A stretch of 64,000 bases of DNA from Folioceros fuciformis. Taxonomy: Eukaryota. The stretch is from NCBI GenBank assembly GCA_049999805.1, contig JBNGIO010006396.1:123775-187774 (forward strand). Direction: 5' to 3'. The notes beneath the pieces are model-generated. The model saw only the letters and a program-made list of their open reading frames with translations. It ran no database searches and was not told the origin of the DNA. Numbering within the stretch: the first letter of the stretch is position 1; the number at the start of each line of letters is the position of its first letter. A program made the translations under genes and the position numbers. Below, in pieces: positions 47,157 to 59,745 of the stretch.

Positions 47157-47458
47157 CACCACCAGCTAAATCAACCTCGTTATCGAGGCAGGGTTAGAAC
47201 TTAAGAAGCTGAGCTTTCATCCGTACCGGTCTTTCCAATGTTGTCCCCACCGCAGATAGAAGTAGCAGCCGGGTGCAACAAGTGCTAATTGTCCGTATCG
47301 TGAATATCAGCGGGCCACGCTCCGCATGCGGGCTGCGGAAAGTGTCGTAGGTGACGGTCAGGAAGAGACTCCGATTCCCTCCCCTGGTGAGCTACGCCAT
47401 TCGCGTTTGAGATTCCAATAATCGGAACTCTTCTCACTTCCGTTCTCAGACTGTGACC

Positions 47459-48136
47459 ATGGCAGAGATTTCCGACAAGAGCGTTTCTGAGGGAATTGAA
47501 GCAGTTCGGGATTGGATCGAATATTCTCTGCAGAGAGTTCCTCAGGAATTAGATAAGGCAAGACCGGGATTCTTCGACTACTATGTCTGCCGTCGTGCCA
47601 AGCTCGAAAGCGCTGAAAATGGCCGAGTTGTTTTCTACTTGCAAGTGACTCCAAGCATCTGCGTGAGTCTGCCAGTCCTCTTGTGAAGGTGAGTCATGGT
47701 TGCGTGGCCATAGTCGATGAATGATGCTTTGTGTTGGATGGATGCACGCAGAATCTGTACAAGATCGTACACGGAGGAGTTATAGCTTCCCTGGTGGACA
47801 TCATAGGGACAGCAGCCATTGTCTCCACTGGAGAGCGGAAAACTGGAGTGTCTGTGGACATCAACGTGACTTACGTCTCCGCCGCCAAGCTCCACGTAAA
47901 GCTGTTGCTTCCTGAACGAAAGGATTTCGGGCCTGCTTGCTGTGTCTGTCACTGCGTTGGAGTGACATTCTTTGCTGTTGTTGGTGGTACAGGACGAGCT
48001 AGAGATCGTGGCCAAGTGCTTGAAAGTTGGCAGAATCCTTGCGCAGGTGTCTGTGCATATGAGGAATCGGACAACAGGAGAAGTTGTTGCCGAGGGCCGT
48101 CATACCAAGTATTTGCCCGTGGATTCGAAGTTGTAG
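47459..48136 (+). CDS. PaaI/ACOT13-like hotdog-fold acyl-CoA thioesterase, peroxisomal (ends SKL), 3 exons
   Basis: GRVVFYLQVTPSIC|NLYKIVHGGVIASLVDIIGTAAI...GVSVDINVTYVSAA|DELEIVAKCLKVG...VAEGRHTKYLPVDSKL*. Confidence 0.9.
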
Positions 48137-48324
48137 GACTGTCTGTCACCAATCGGAGACACCGCAACCGCACTGATTGAGCAAAAAGTGTCTGGAGCTG
48201 GATTGGGTGTGCAGTCTGCTGATTACTACATTTAAAGTACATACTGGAGTTGTTAAACTGTGCAACTATCATTGGAAAATTGCGAATTACAGCGTGAAGG
48301 CAGAGTGGAGCAGCAAAAGAAATC

Positions 48325-50155
48325 TCACTTCGCTTGGATCCCGATCTGCTCCGCGGACGTGCTCTCAAATATCCTGTCAGCGTTCCCTACCTCAAACCCG
48401 TCTCTTCTATGCCATTCATGAATCTGCACCACAGGATGACGACCTTCAGTTACGAACCTCGACAGCGGCTGGTTTCGGAGAATCTGAAGGGTTTAAATAA
48501 GGCACCTCTGCAGGATCAAGATTCCCGTATTCAGGTAGCACAAGCCGTTCTGCAAACTCCAAGTAGGACCCAGGGACTGTTCTGACTTCGCCACCAGCAA
48601 ACGCGTATGACGTCGTGTCTGCCACTGTGGAGCTCTGCTGGAGTCCACCATCTGGGCTAACTGCGAGTGGAAAGCAGGCTTTGATGGACCTAATCCATGG
48701 AACTTGCTAACCAAGCCAGCTTTTGTAACAGACTTGGAAAAAGGCCAAAGTTGTGTGATTGAATTGAATGTAATCAGATGTTACGTACCCTTGAGAATGC
48801 CCCCGTCAGAATTTAGTTTGATCCCTTTCCCTTGGAGGAAGGCGTTTAACTTCTCAATCTTTTTCAATTCTGAGGTAAGACGATGTACAGATACAGTTGC
48901 GTGATTCAAGCTGTAGCCGTTCACCAACGTCCAGGCTGCATACTCGCTTTCACTGCAAACAAGGGAAACAAGCAACAATAAAAAGTACATATTCAGCTTG
49001 TAGCCGTGAATTTTGCATCACGCGTTTATGATGGTGTGAGGGTAAACGAGGAGCACTGTAGGAAGATAGGCACGAACCCCGCAAGGTCTTGGTAATCACT
49101 CAAGGTAGGTGTCGGCCATGTTAGAGAATTTATGGAACTAGCAAGAGCCGCGTGCTGTGAAATTGCAGATGAGCAGCTAGTGTACTTCCTGATAATTTTC
49201 TGCTTCACCCCTTGCAGAGAACCAGTAAGAATGAGAATGCCAAACATGAGGGACACCAATAAACACAAACTGATACAAAAATGCTTAATTCTGTAGGTTT
49301 ACACCGGTCTTCCCATGCTTCGAGGTTCTGTAAAGAATCTTACCTCTGACTCTGGGCTAAGCTCGTTCACAAGGAGCTCCGAAATGAAAACTCTGGGGAG
49401 TGGTCCGTTGATGCCGTCTCCCTGATAGTCCAGCAAACGGTCCGGCGGAGAGAACCATAACGCCCGAATTTTCTTAGCGGGGAACCGCAGCTCATCACGG
49501 ACTTCGTAACCAAGGTCCAGGAAAAGGTGAGCAATCGAACTGATGCCACAGCCATCAACCTGCAATACATATGGAGGAGATGGTAAGGCCAAGCTTTCCA
49601 CTAGCCCTTGATGAAAGGAGAATCGGCAGCATGGCGCACCCCGAAGGTCCGATACGCAAAATGATCATAACAGATGCTGCCTTGGTCATGCTTCCGAATT
49701 AGCTCCAACACGGTCGTCGCCGTCGGGTTCTTATGCAAGTAAGGCACAGTCATCGCTCCCAAAATGTTGCGCAGAAAAACTGTTTGCACCTGTGACTGGG
49801 ATTCCAAACAAGGCTGCGAATCACGCCATCTGAAACCAGCTTATTGCATGTCAAATCTAGCAGCTTCTGGAAAACTCACCTCATCCATAGCTGCTGCGGA
49901 ATCCCTTCTCAAGGAGGCAAACGCTTGCCGTCGTTCTCTGTTCTGCACCTCATGCGCCCTGCTGCCTTTGCTCACAAAACTGCGAGTCCCATCCCTCCAG
50001 CCTAAGACAATTTGCGCTCTCTGCACCTTGGTAGCACGCGGAACGGAATGGTTTGCGCCGGGACACAGCAAATCTGACAAACACCGGAATACCTTGGCCG
50101 AGGCACCAGGGATGCTACCGCAAGTCCAAATTGCCATCCCCCTTGATGATAGCAT
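48325..50155 (-). CDS. DUF1338 family 2-oxoadipate dioxygenase/decarboxylase (HglS / FLO7-like), plastid-targeted, multi-exon
   Basis: ICYDHFAYRTFG, LRFPAKKIRALWFSPP, PLPRVFISELLV, ESEYAAWTLVNGYSLNHATVSVHRL, GGILK|VSPDGGLQQSSTVAD, SYLEFAERL, HRRDGFEVGNADRIFEST. Confidence 0.9.
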
Positions 50156-50500
50156 CGTGAATTGGAGCAAAATCACACTCCTTTCTTGCAAAATCAGCAA
50201 TTCAGCAACCGTCTCGCTCTCCGCGCAATCTGTGTCTGTGCAACTCCGCAACTGCTCTGCAGCCCGCTAAATAAATAGGGAGGCACATCTCGGCTGGAAT
50301 CTAGACGTCGTTGCCAGAAACCAGACTCCAGGAGCTAGCGAAACTGGACAAAAGGAATACAATGAAAAAAATTCAATTATTTTACTCAGCGGAAAGTCTA
50401 CCGGTACCTACATTTCCGTCCAACCTCCGGGACCAGAGCTTACCCGCGGTGTGGTTAGCAAGGGCTTGGAGACTGGCTGCATTTGCCGAGAGTTGCAAAG

Positions 50501-53381
50501 ATGGAGATGGAGAAGGAGGTGAAATATGCGTTTGAACCTCGGCTGGAGTGGGATGAAGGTGTTCAGACCTACCTCAGTCAAGCTTATGGTGCTGCTAAAT
50601 TTGGTGAAATCTGCGCTGCCTTGAGGTATGGGGTGATGCCCCTATCCTGTGTTGTTTGGATCATTGAGCTTCTGCTGGATTTTGTCTGGGCTGAAATACG
50701 ATGGACGGCAGTGAGTGATGGAGTTTGAGTGTAAGGATGGGTATGGATGGCCTTGCAGTCGCCCATCGATTCACTCTTGTGTGCGGGTCAACACTTTGAG
50801 AACCACCCGCAGCGATATTATGAAGAAGCTTGCTGGTTTGGATGCTTGGAAGGATGAGCATTTGGAATGGCTCGGGGGAAGGAACGGGAGGGCAGTGGCA
50901 TCACAAGCAGAGTTGTTGAGTTTGGCCCCTGGAGCTTTTGACGGAGCTGAGCCTGATGTTGGTCCAGAGGATGAATTCTGTTGTGAAGATGGAGACGGGG
51001 GAGAAGCCCAGATGGTGGAGGGTACGATGGCAGCCATAGAGGAACATGCTGTTTTGGACAATGTTGTGTTGGTGAGAGGGCGGGGTCCTTGTGAGGTGAA
51101 CTATGTTGCAGAGAATGGCGGTAGCCTGAAGGAGGTGGTTGTGAGCCGGAAGTGCGCTGAGGCAGTTTTGCGTGGTGCTCATGTAGGACTTGTTCTACCG
51201 CTTGATTCAATGGACATGCTTGTAGCAACTGATGCTGGTAAATATGTCTTGTGGGTTAATGATTGCGTAGGTGTATGCATGTGCCGTGTGTGTTGCTGGA
51301 CGTCAGGCACAAATGTTCCATTCTCTACCCTGTAGCATTTGGTGTTCGAGGCCTTGTCTCATATCTGTTTCTATGTTCACAGGTGTTTGTTCCAGGAGTG
51401 CTTGCTTGCAGTGGGCACGTTGAGCGGGGTGACGTAGTTGCTGTATCCGTTGCCGTGGAGCGTCCAGATGGGAGCGGAAGTTGGTCGGCTGGGCTCACCA
51501 GAGGAACAACGCTAGCTTCGGATCATGCAAATGCCCGTAAATATGCACAAAATTCCTTCTGTTCCCTGCTAAGTTTTGAGACGAACTGTATCAGAACACG
51601 TGATGATGCAGACATCTTCTTGCAGAGCTTGATGGGGGTGACAGAAGTGGCTGGTTCATTGGGAAAGGGCAAGCCATGCTGTCCAGAGGATCCATTTTCA
51701 AAGAGATGAAAGGTGTCGCTGTGCGAATGACAGAGAGGGTTTACCAACTTCCCCCTTTTAATGGTACTCTGTAGTACAGCATGCTGTTGAATCTGCAGCC
51801 TTTGAGCAGAGCAAAGGTTTGTGAGTAACAATGTTCCGGAAGTCCACGATTGCTCTGACAAAGGGGCGGGTTGAATGACAGGACTGCTGGAGGGTGAAAT
51901 ATTTCTTCAGAACCTTCCAAGTGTTGTAGCAGCCCATGTGCTAGGTACTTTCTCTGGAGTTTTCAGTTTCTTAAACCAAGCATTGGAGAAGCCAGTGAGT
52001 CAAGAGTTGACGTACTTACTGCAAATTGATAGATCCACAGCCAGGAGAAAGGATCTTGGACATGTGTGCGGCACCAGGTGGAAAAACAACAGCAATTGCC
52101 CTTCTCATGTCGGATAGGGGTGAATGTATTGCATTGGATCGGTCCCACAGCAAGGTGATTCACCATGCATCATTTTGTCTGTTGCTGTGTTAACTGCTTG
52201 TATGCAAAGCAGCTTGAACTTAGCGCCTTTTGTCCATTTGCCATTGCAGGTGCGTGAAATCAAGTCCTTGGCACAGGAGATGGGCCTCACTTGTATCCAT
52301 GCCTACAAGCTTGATGCACTGAAGTCAGTGCAAAAGGAATATCCTCAGCTGGTTGCATCACCCGCAGTTGGTCTGCAAAATATAGCACCTCTTGTCGAAG
52401 AAGCAGCATCACTGTCTAGCGAATTTGGCTACCTACCTGATCAGAGAAAGACCTCTGGCCCTTACACAAGTAGAGCGGAGGAGAGAAAGCGTGCACGGAA
52501 AATGAAGAGTGGACCAGGCAGGAGCCAAGACGTGGGTGCGAAGGTGGAGAAAGTAACTGGCTTTGCCCGCAGAAGCTTTGACAGGGTGCTCCTGGATGCA
52601 CCCTGCTCAGCACTGGGACTTCGTCCCCGACTGTTTGCTGGAGAGGTACAAGGGGCAGTCCTGAAGCTGAAGGAAAGATCCCGAAATCTTCAATAATGTC
52701 CTTACGGTGAACGTTGTTGTGCTTGATGCAGGAGACCCTCGACAAACTCAGGAAGAACGGCAGCTATCAACGCAGAATGCTCGATCAAGCTGTGCAACTG
52801 GTCCGGCCAGGGGGCATTTTGTTGTATTCCACGTTGTGCCTCACTCCCAACACCTCACCCATTTTCCAGTCGGCCTCCTGAGGCATACTCCAGATTCATG
52901 GTTTCCTGAGACTTTAATATCTGGTACTTACCTGCAGGTGCACCATCAACCCTGGAGAAAATGAAGCTGCAGTCCGCTACGCTCTGGACAAGTACAGCTA
53001 CCTCTCCCTGGTGCCCCAGGCGAGTCCCCATTTTAGTGAATGACTTCTGTGCGCCACCTTGACTCCACACCCATTCCAGCCTGACTCTTGCTGTGTAGTG
53101 CAGACACCTGTCTTAGGAGGCCCAGGCCTCGTGGGTGGGCTGGATGTCTTCGATGGAGTTTCCCGCAGGTTGAACTGTTTTGGCCAAAGCCGATGCCAGT
53201 CTGTTCCGCAGGGTGATCTCAACCTCAACTCCTACTGACATCATCTCATGTATGCAGGGAGTGGCTGAGGGACGGGGAGCAGCATCTTGTGCAGCGATTT
53301 GATCCCTCTGACCATGGTGACACCATCGGGTTCTTCATCGCTAAGTTCCAAGTCGCCAAGGACTGCGATCTGGAGACGTGA
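50501..53381 (+). CDS. RNA cytosine-C5 methyltransferase with PUA domain (NSUN6/NOP2C-like), multi-exon
   Basis: SCVRVNTL, CAEAVLRGAH|VFVPGVLA, GEIFLQNLPSVVAAHVL, ILDMCAAPGGKT, FDRVLLDAPCSALGLRP, YST|CTINPGENE, GFFIAKF. Confidence 0.9.
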
Positions 53382-54067
53382 TTCTTTCCTGTCATCAGTT
53401 GTGCACACACAACAAAACAGAAACGATGGAACATGTATTTCTGCTTTAGCTAGAGACTTTTAACTTAAGAAGGGGACAAATCTACCTTCCCGTGACAAAA
53501 GAATGGGGGGTAAGCAAAATCTCGACGTGATGCAAAAGATGGCATTTGTTGCTCCTGGGTTGGCCCAGGTTACGTAGCTACGTTTCTCATATGGCCGTTG
53601 GAGGATAGGATAAGACGTGTTGAAGGAGGAGAGGGTGATCGTGGCCGCATCTGAGGCGGTCGTTTGCTCGGCCCGGTTCGGGCCCCGAATCCGCTTGCGT
53701 GGAAGAGTGTGCGCCTCGCTGGCGGAACCTTCATCCAGCGTTGTGTGTTCCAGGATCCACTCGTTTCGTTGCGTGCTGTCTGGGTACAGGAGGCTTCCAG
53801 AGCTCAGGACCCAGCCTCCGTGGCTCCATGTCCTTTCTCTGCCTGGAACTGCATTTACCCGACCCGTCTGCTCTCTGAGAACCTCGGCCTTGTCTTCATT
53901 GCCTGGTTCCTCCCCCTGTCCTTTCCTTGATTGCGTGAGCAGGAACATTTCGGAGGCTTCTTTCTCTTGTCTCACTTCCCCGAGACTTGCAAAGTATTAG
54001 ACTCCGCATTCGCATTCTCCTCGGAGCGTGCGTAGCAGGAGCAGATTTGTTGGGTTGCCAAGGCAGG

Positions 54068-56813
54068 ATGGCGCAGGTTGTGGGCATCGCAGCTCTGCCT
54101 TCCTCGTCCCTGGGCCTGGCTGGAGCCGGAAGGCGGGGAGGGAAGGTGGGTTCTGCGTTTGTGGGCGACAGGCTGGCGAGCGCTGTGGGAGTGGAGCTGT
54201 GTCCCGGGAGGAGGAGCTCGAGGAATGCGTCCAGTAGGGCCGCGGTGGAGGAGGTTGTGGCTTCCGTGAGGGAGTCTCTGCCGGCTGCGGCCATGGCGTC
54301 CTTGGTGGCGGCGTTGGCTAGCTCGCAGATGGCGGTGGCGGCGGATTACGTGCCCCCTCCGACCGAGGGGGCGGGAGTGGAGGAGATGCAGCTGCAGAGG
54401 CAGTCGCAGGCGGAGCCGCTGGCTGGGGCCTCGCTCACTGCGCCGGTGCTGAAGAAATCTGACCTTCCGGAGGGGACCCAGTGGCGGTACAGCGAGTTCA
54501 TCAATGCCGTGAAGGCGGGGAAGGTGGAGAGGGTGAGGTTTGCGAAGGACGGGTCGACGCTGCAGCTGACGGCTGTGGATGGGCGGAGGGCGGCTGTCAC
54601 TCTGCCCAATGACCCGGACTTGGTGGATATTTTGGCTNNNNNNNNNNNNNNNNNNNNNNNNNNNNNNNNNNNNNNNNNNNNNNNNNNNNNNNNNNNNNNN
54701 NNNNNNNNNNNNNNNNNNNNNNNNNNNNNNNNNNNNNNNNNNNNNNNNNNNNNNNNNNNNNNNNNNNNNNNNNNNNNNNNNNNNNNNNNNNNNNNNNNNN
54801 NNNNNNNNNNNNNNNNNNNNNNNNNNNNNNNNNNNNNNNNNNNNNNNNNNNNNNNNNNNNNNNNNNNNNNNNNNNNNNNNNNNNNNNNNNNNNNNNNNNN
54901 NNNNNNNNNNNNNNNNNNNNNNNNNNNNNNNNNNNNNNNNNNNNNNNNNNNNNNNNNNNNNNNNNNNNNNNNNNNNNNNNNNNNNNNNNNNNNNNNNNNN
55001 NNNNNNNNNNNNNNNNNNNNNNNNNNNNNNNNNNNNNAGGCAAGGGGGAGCTGGAGGGCCTGGTGGTTTGGGCGGGCCTATGGACTTTGGGAGGTCTAAG
55101 TCTAAGTTTCAGGAGGTGCCTGAGACGGGAGTCACGTTTGCTGATGTTGCCGGGGCTGATCAGGCCAAGCTGGAGTTGCAGGAGGTAGTGGATTTCTTGA
55201 AGAATCCTGAGAAGTATACTGCTCTGGGTGCCAAGATTCCCAAGGGGTGTTTGTTGGTTGGGCCTCCCGGGACCGGGAAGACTTTGCTGGCCAGGGCTGT
55301 GGCTGGAGAGGCTGGAGTGCCCTTCTTCTCGTGTGCTGCTTCCGAGTTTGTGGAGCTGTTTGTGGGAGTCGGAGCTTCTAGGGTTAGGGACCTGTTTGAG
55401 AAGGCCAAGGCCAAGGCTCCTTGCATCGTGTTTATCGATGAGATCGATGCCGTGGGGAGGCAGAGAGGGGCTGGAATGGGAGGTGGGAATGATGAGAGGG
55501 AGCAGACCATCAACCAGCTGCTGACGGAGATGGATGGGTTTGCAGGCAACAGTGGAGTCATCGTGCTGGCTGCCACCAACAGGCCGGATGTGCTGGACTC
55601 CGCGTTGCTCAGGCCTGGGAGGTTTGACAGGCAGGTCACTGTGGACAGACCGGACGTGTCGGGCCGGGTGAGGATCTTGCAGGTGCACTCCAGGGGGAAG
55701 TCCTTGGCTAAGGATGTGGACCTGGAGAAGATCGCGAGGAGGACTCCTGGCTTTACAGGGGCCGATTTGCAGAACCTGATGAATGAGGCTGCTATTCTGG
55801 CGGCGAGACGGGACCTGAAGGAAATTAGTAAGGATGAGATCTCAGATGCGTTGGAGAGGATCATTGCAGGGCCGGAGAAGAAGTCGGCTGTGGTGACGGA
55901 AGAGAAGAAGAGGCTGGTTGCTTACCATGGTATGATCTGTCCCTTGTCTTCGTTGACAATGTATCCTCTCTTTTCTAGAATTGGGTGTGCTTGCAGGTGT
56001 GCTTTGTTTGACATGGGTGGATTCTTTGCCACTTTTATTGCAGAGGCCGGACATGCCCTGGTTGGCGCTCTCATGCCGGAGTACGATCCCGTGGCCAAGA
56101 TCTCCATCGTTCCACGAGGAGGGGCAGGAGGGTTGACATTCTTTGCTCCCAGTGAGGAGAGGCTGGAATCAGGGCTGTACAGTAGGTCCTATCTGGAGAA
56201 CCAGATGGCTGTTGCCCTCGGCGGAAGGTAGTTCAGCTCCTTCTCCTTCCTTCTTTTCCTCTCTGTCGAAGCGAGGGATGGCTGAGTGCACTTTCTCTTA
56301 GGAGAACTAACTGATTATGCTGTTGAATGCATGCAGGCTTGCGGAAGAGCTCATCTTCGGAACTGAGAATGTGACAACCGGTGCATCTAACGACTTCATG
56401 CAAGTGTCCAGAGTAGCCAGGCAAATGGTGGAACGGTTTGGTTTCAGCAAGAAGATCGGCCAGCTTGCCCTCGGTGGTGGTGGAGGGAACCCGTTCCTCG
56501 GGCAGCAGGTACATACATCCCTGGAAGTGATCGTCACTCAGGTTTTGTGAATGTCACAGGGTCTAACAAGTCTCACGTCCTTACTGTGCAGGTGTCCCAA
56601 CAGTCAGACTATTCTATGGCGACAGCTGATGTGATCGATTCCGAAGTACGTGAGCTCGTCGACCGAGCTTACTCTAGGGCAAAGGTGCTCATGACTACAC
56701 ACATCGACATCCTCCACAAACTAGCAGCCCTCCTTATGGAGAAGGAGACGGTGGATGGTGAGGAGTTCCTAAGCCTGTTTGTGGACGGCAAGGCCGAGTT
56801 GTATGTGAATTAA
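54068..56813 (+). CDS. FTSH1/5: Thylakoid FtsH protease, type A (FtsH1/FtsH5-like); interrupted by an N gap
   Basis: [78 protein letters not shown] zinc motif split by an intron, [12 protein letters not shown]. Confidence 0.95.
54638..55037. other. Assembly gap (400 N) inside FtsH
   Basis: Run of N. Confidence 1.
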
Positions 56814-57730
56814 TTCCTTCGGCAAGGTCGAAGCCCTGTGACATAGACCTGATGCAGGTTCCTCAATTGTATCTTTCATCACAATAAAAACAAAGGTGTG
56901 TAGAGCTGAATCACAACCCAAGAACAAAGTGTATCATATTCCAGTGTAGAGTAGAGACCACCTTGCTCAACCCTCCTGGGGTACAGGAGTTCCCACTGTA
57001 CCTGTCTCGAAGTTTTGGTAAACCGAATCTCGTAGATGAACTTCACTGCCGCATGTAGTCGGAATGACGAACCCAGTAGATTCGTCAGGTGGCTTCCCTC
57101 TGTATCCTGTGTATGTGGGACCAAGGTCGAGGATTCTGAATTACAGTGAGCATTTTGGACATTCCTCCGTCTATCCGCGTATGAGTAATGAGTGATCAAT
57201 GTGTGATTTGGAGAACTCGATATGCTGTCAGGCTGGTGTACTTTGTTTGAAAGCCGCAATCTTGGATTGTGACAGCGGATTACAAGGTCAATCATTAGCT
57301 TGTTCCTCCTCCTTCCCAGTGTGCATCCATATTTTCTGCGTCTCCACCCTTTATGGGGCTTAAGTATCCGAAGAACGAGATGAAGCGCTGTGGTAAACTT
57401 CAAGGGGACGAGTTCTCCAGTTCTCACCGTCGTGTCAGTCAGTCTGACGCTTCTTCTGCCTGCCCTGCCTCGGGCACGCGCATCAATTATTGCGTCTCGA
57501 TAGAGGAAGCTGATCACTTTTTGGTGCTCGAGTTGTGGAAGATGTGTGCGTGAGCTTGAACGGGTTGGCTTTTTGCTTTGAAGCGCATTCGCTTGTGAAG
57601 TACATTCTTGTTTGGAGGATCTAGTGCCTCTGATGCTTATTGTGATTCACGCTTCAACATATTATTGTCGTGCTTTGAGCTTCAGCCTTTCAATTTAGAG
57701 CTTCAGATCTGGATTAGGAGCTGGAATGCG

Positions 57731-59235
57731 ATGGCTTCGATGCTTGTCGCGGAAATTTCTGTCCCGGATATTATCGCTACAATCTTGGATGTGCTTGCTG
57801 TCGTGAACAGCTTGGTGAAGGCAGACAGGAGGCACGCCTCCGGCTACCTGGCGCTTAAGACGGCCCTTCTGCAACTACGGGATCAGGTCAAGCGTTACAA
57901 GGTGAGCATCCAGGCCGCCTGCTGCTTAGCTGGATCCAGTCTGGAGGAAGTGTGTGATGTGTCTGTTTCTTATTTGGCAGGATCACTTGCGAGATGGATA
58001 CAAGAGCACTGAGCTGCTTGTTCGTGCCAGGATTTCGGTCTCCAAAACGTGTTCTTTGGTTGAGAGACTTGTGGATCATCCACCGGATTGGAGTCCCTGG
58101 TGTCTCTGTTGGACTGACGACGGAGAACTCGAGGAACTGCAAAGTCAGTTAGATCAGACGCACACGCTGGTAGACGATCTGTCAAGCTATCTCCAGGTTA
58201 GGACTTGGCGCTTGTTGCAAGTTTTTGAAAAAAATGCGTGATTGTGGTAGGAGGACACTCAAGTGCTACTGCTGGTACTGCCAGTCGTTTCGTGAGGATG
58301 AGGACATGGAAGTAATCATGGAAGAGGTTGAAGACGAGTTGGATGAGAAAAAGATTTTTATGGACGGGCTATCCAAGACTCGCAAGGTAAAAATTTCGTG
58401 TCGGGAGGATTGTACAAGCTAGCTGCGTTTCAATCCGTGTCACATTCTTGTTGAAGCCTCCTTGCTTGTCCAGCAACCTCCTGTTGTCCGCAAACATGGA
58501 AGAGCAACGGAAGATCCAACTGGTCGTTCACTCTTTGAGCACGGGGTGACCAGTCTGGCCATGGTGGTCCCCATGCATCTGGGCTTGAAGCCCGATGGCA
58601 ACTACGTTATCGCCATACCAGTGATTGATAACTCAAGCCAGAAGCTAGTGTATACTCTGAAAATCTGTATTGACCACGAGACCTGGTCCAGCAGGACAGG
58701 AAAGATCTGGGCAAGTCTGAACCGAGAGCGCACACGGAAGCAGGACAAAAAGGAATGGCACATTCGTCGTCCAGAGGGCCTGGATGAAGGCTTTGCCGAG
58801 CGGAATGCCCTCATATCTTCCTCTGATGGATTGCAAGCAGAGGTGAGAAGTTTGATGCCCCATGGTGCCTCTGGAGTTCTTGGAGCAGGTACCTTACTGC
58901 AGCGAAGTAGCAATCAGACGTATTACAGACATGTGCGTCATTATCAAAGCGCGAAGAGCTACCATGTGGAGCTCTTGCTCAAGGGCACTGTCATTGTGGG
59001 GCTTCAAGAGGAGACTGTTCACTGGTTGCGTGTTCTGGGAAGAAAGGAGAGTTTGATGACCTACTACCAGTGCACCGTCGACAAGTCGGGCGAGGTGTTG
59101 GCCATCTACAGGAATAGGAACGAATCTGGCGCAACCACGGGCCAGCTCTTATTCTTAGGAGTTGGAAGGAAGCCGGAGGTTCGTGATCTTATTCTTGCTA
59201 CGTTTGTAGCAATGGGGCTGGGAAGTGCTCTGTGA
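57731..59235 (+). CDS. Uncharacterised 416-aa protein: N-terminal amphipathic helical bundle plus C-terminal tubby/LURP/DUF6593-like domain; 4 exons
   Basis: Exons 57731-57901, 57981-58196, 58285-58386 and 58474-59235 are joined by three canonical phase-0 GT-AG introns into one stop-free frame. The domain assignment is pattern-based only. Confidence 0.7.
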
Positions 59236-59745
59236 CAAGGGTTTCCCCTGTTTTACATGTATACTAGAAGATGTTGTGCTCCCTCTCGTCGCGAAGCTCG
59301 CGAACGTCTTAATTCTGGAGTTCGCGGTATGACCATGCCCGTTGAGCTAAAGCTCCACATGTTAGCTGTGTGTGTCGATGGCCATACGAATGTGCTTTAC
59401 TGTCCGTGTTGTAAGTTTCCCTCGCGAAATCCATTTTACAGAAGCTCGGCCATTTCCGGGCGCAATTCCCTAGAAGAATCTTCGAGCAAGTCAACAGGGA
59501 AGCTCCTGCTGTAGGACGAATCCGGCATTTGTGGGCAGGCCCAGGGAAACGCCGGTAACGTGACTTCGTGGAGAACTTGGAACAGTGCAGCTTCCGACGT
59601 GAAGCGGAGTGCACGACGTTTCTCCCGTACGGCATCATGGCTACCAACTTCCCAAGCACCGGATAGGTCGCAGGTGTTCAGCTCCTGGCTTGCAAGTTGT
59701 TTGGTCCAGTTGTTTCAGTGTTTTCAGCGAGGTTTGCTGCTCGCG

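Noticed and set aside
54638-55037. Apparent frameshift or split in FtsH
   Set aside because: The frame change falls across a 400-N gap of estimated length; both sides are intact FtsH sequence.
53460-57517. Long antisense ORFs (53460-53975, 55160-55864, 56879-57517) and similar ones opposite the ABCB and PPR genes
   Set aside because: No recognisable domains; explained by GC-rich codon bias on the opposite strand or by chance.
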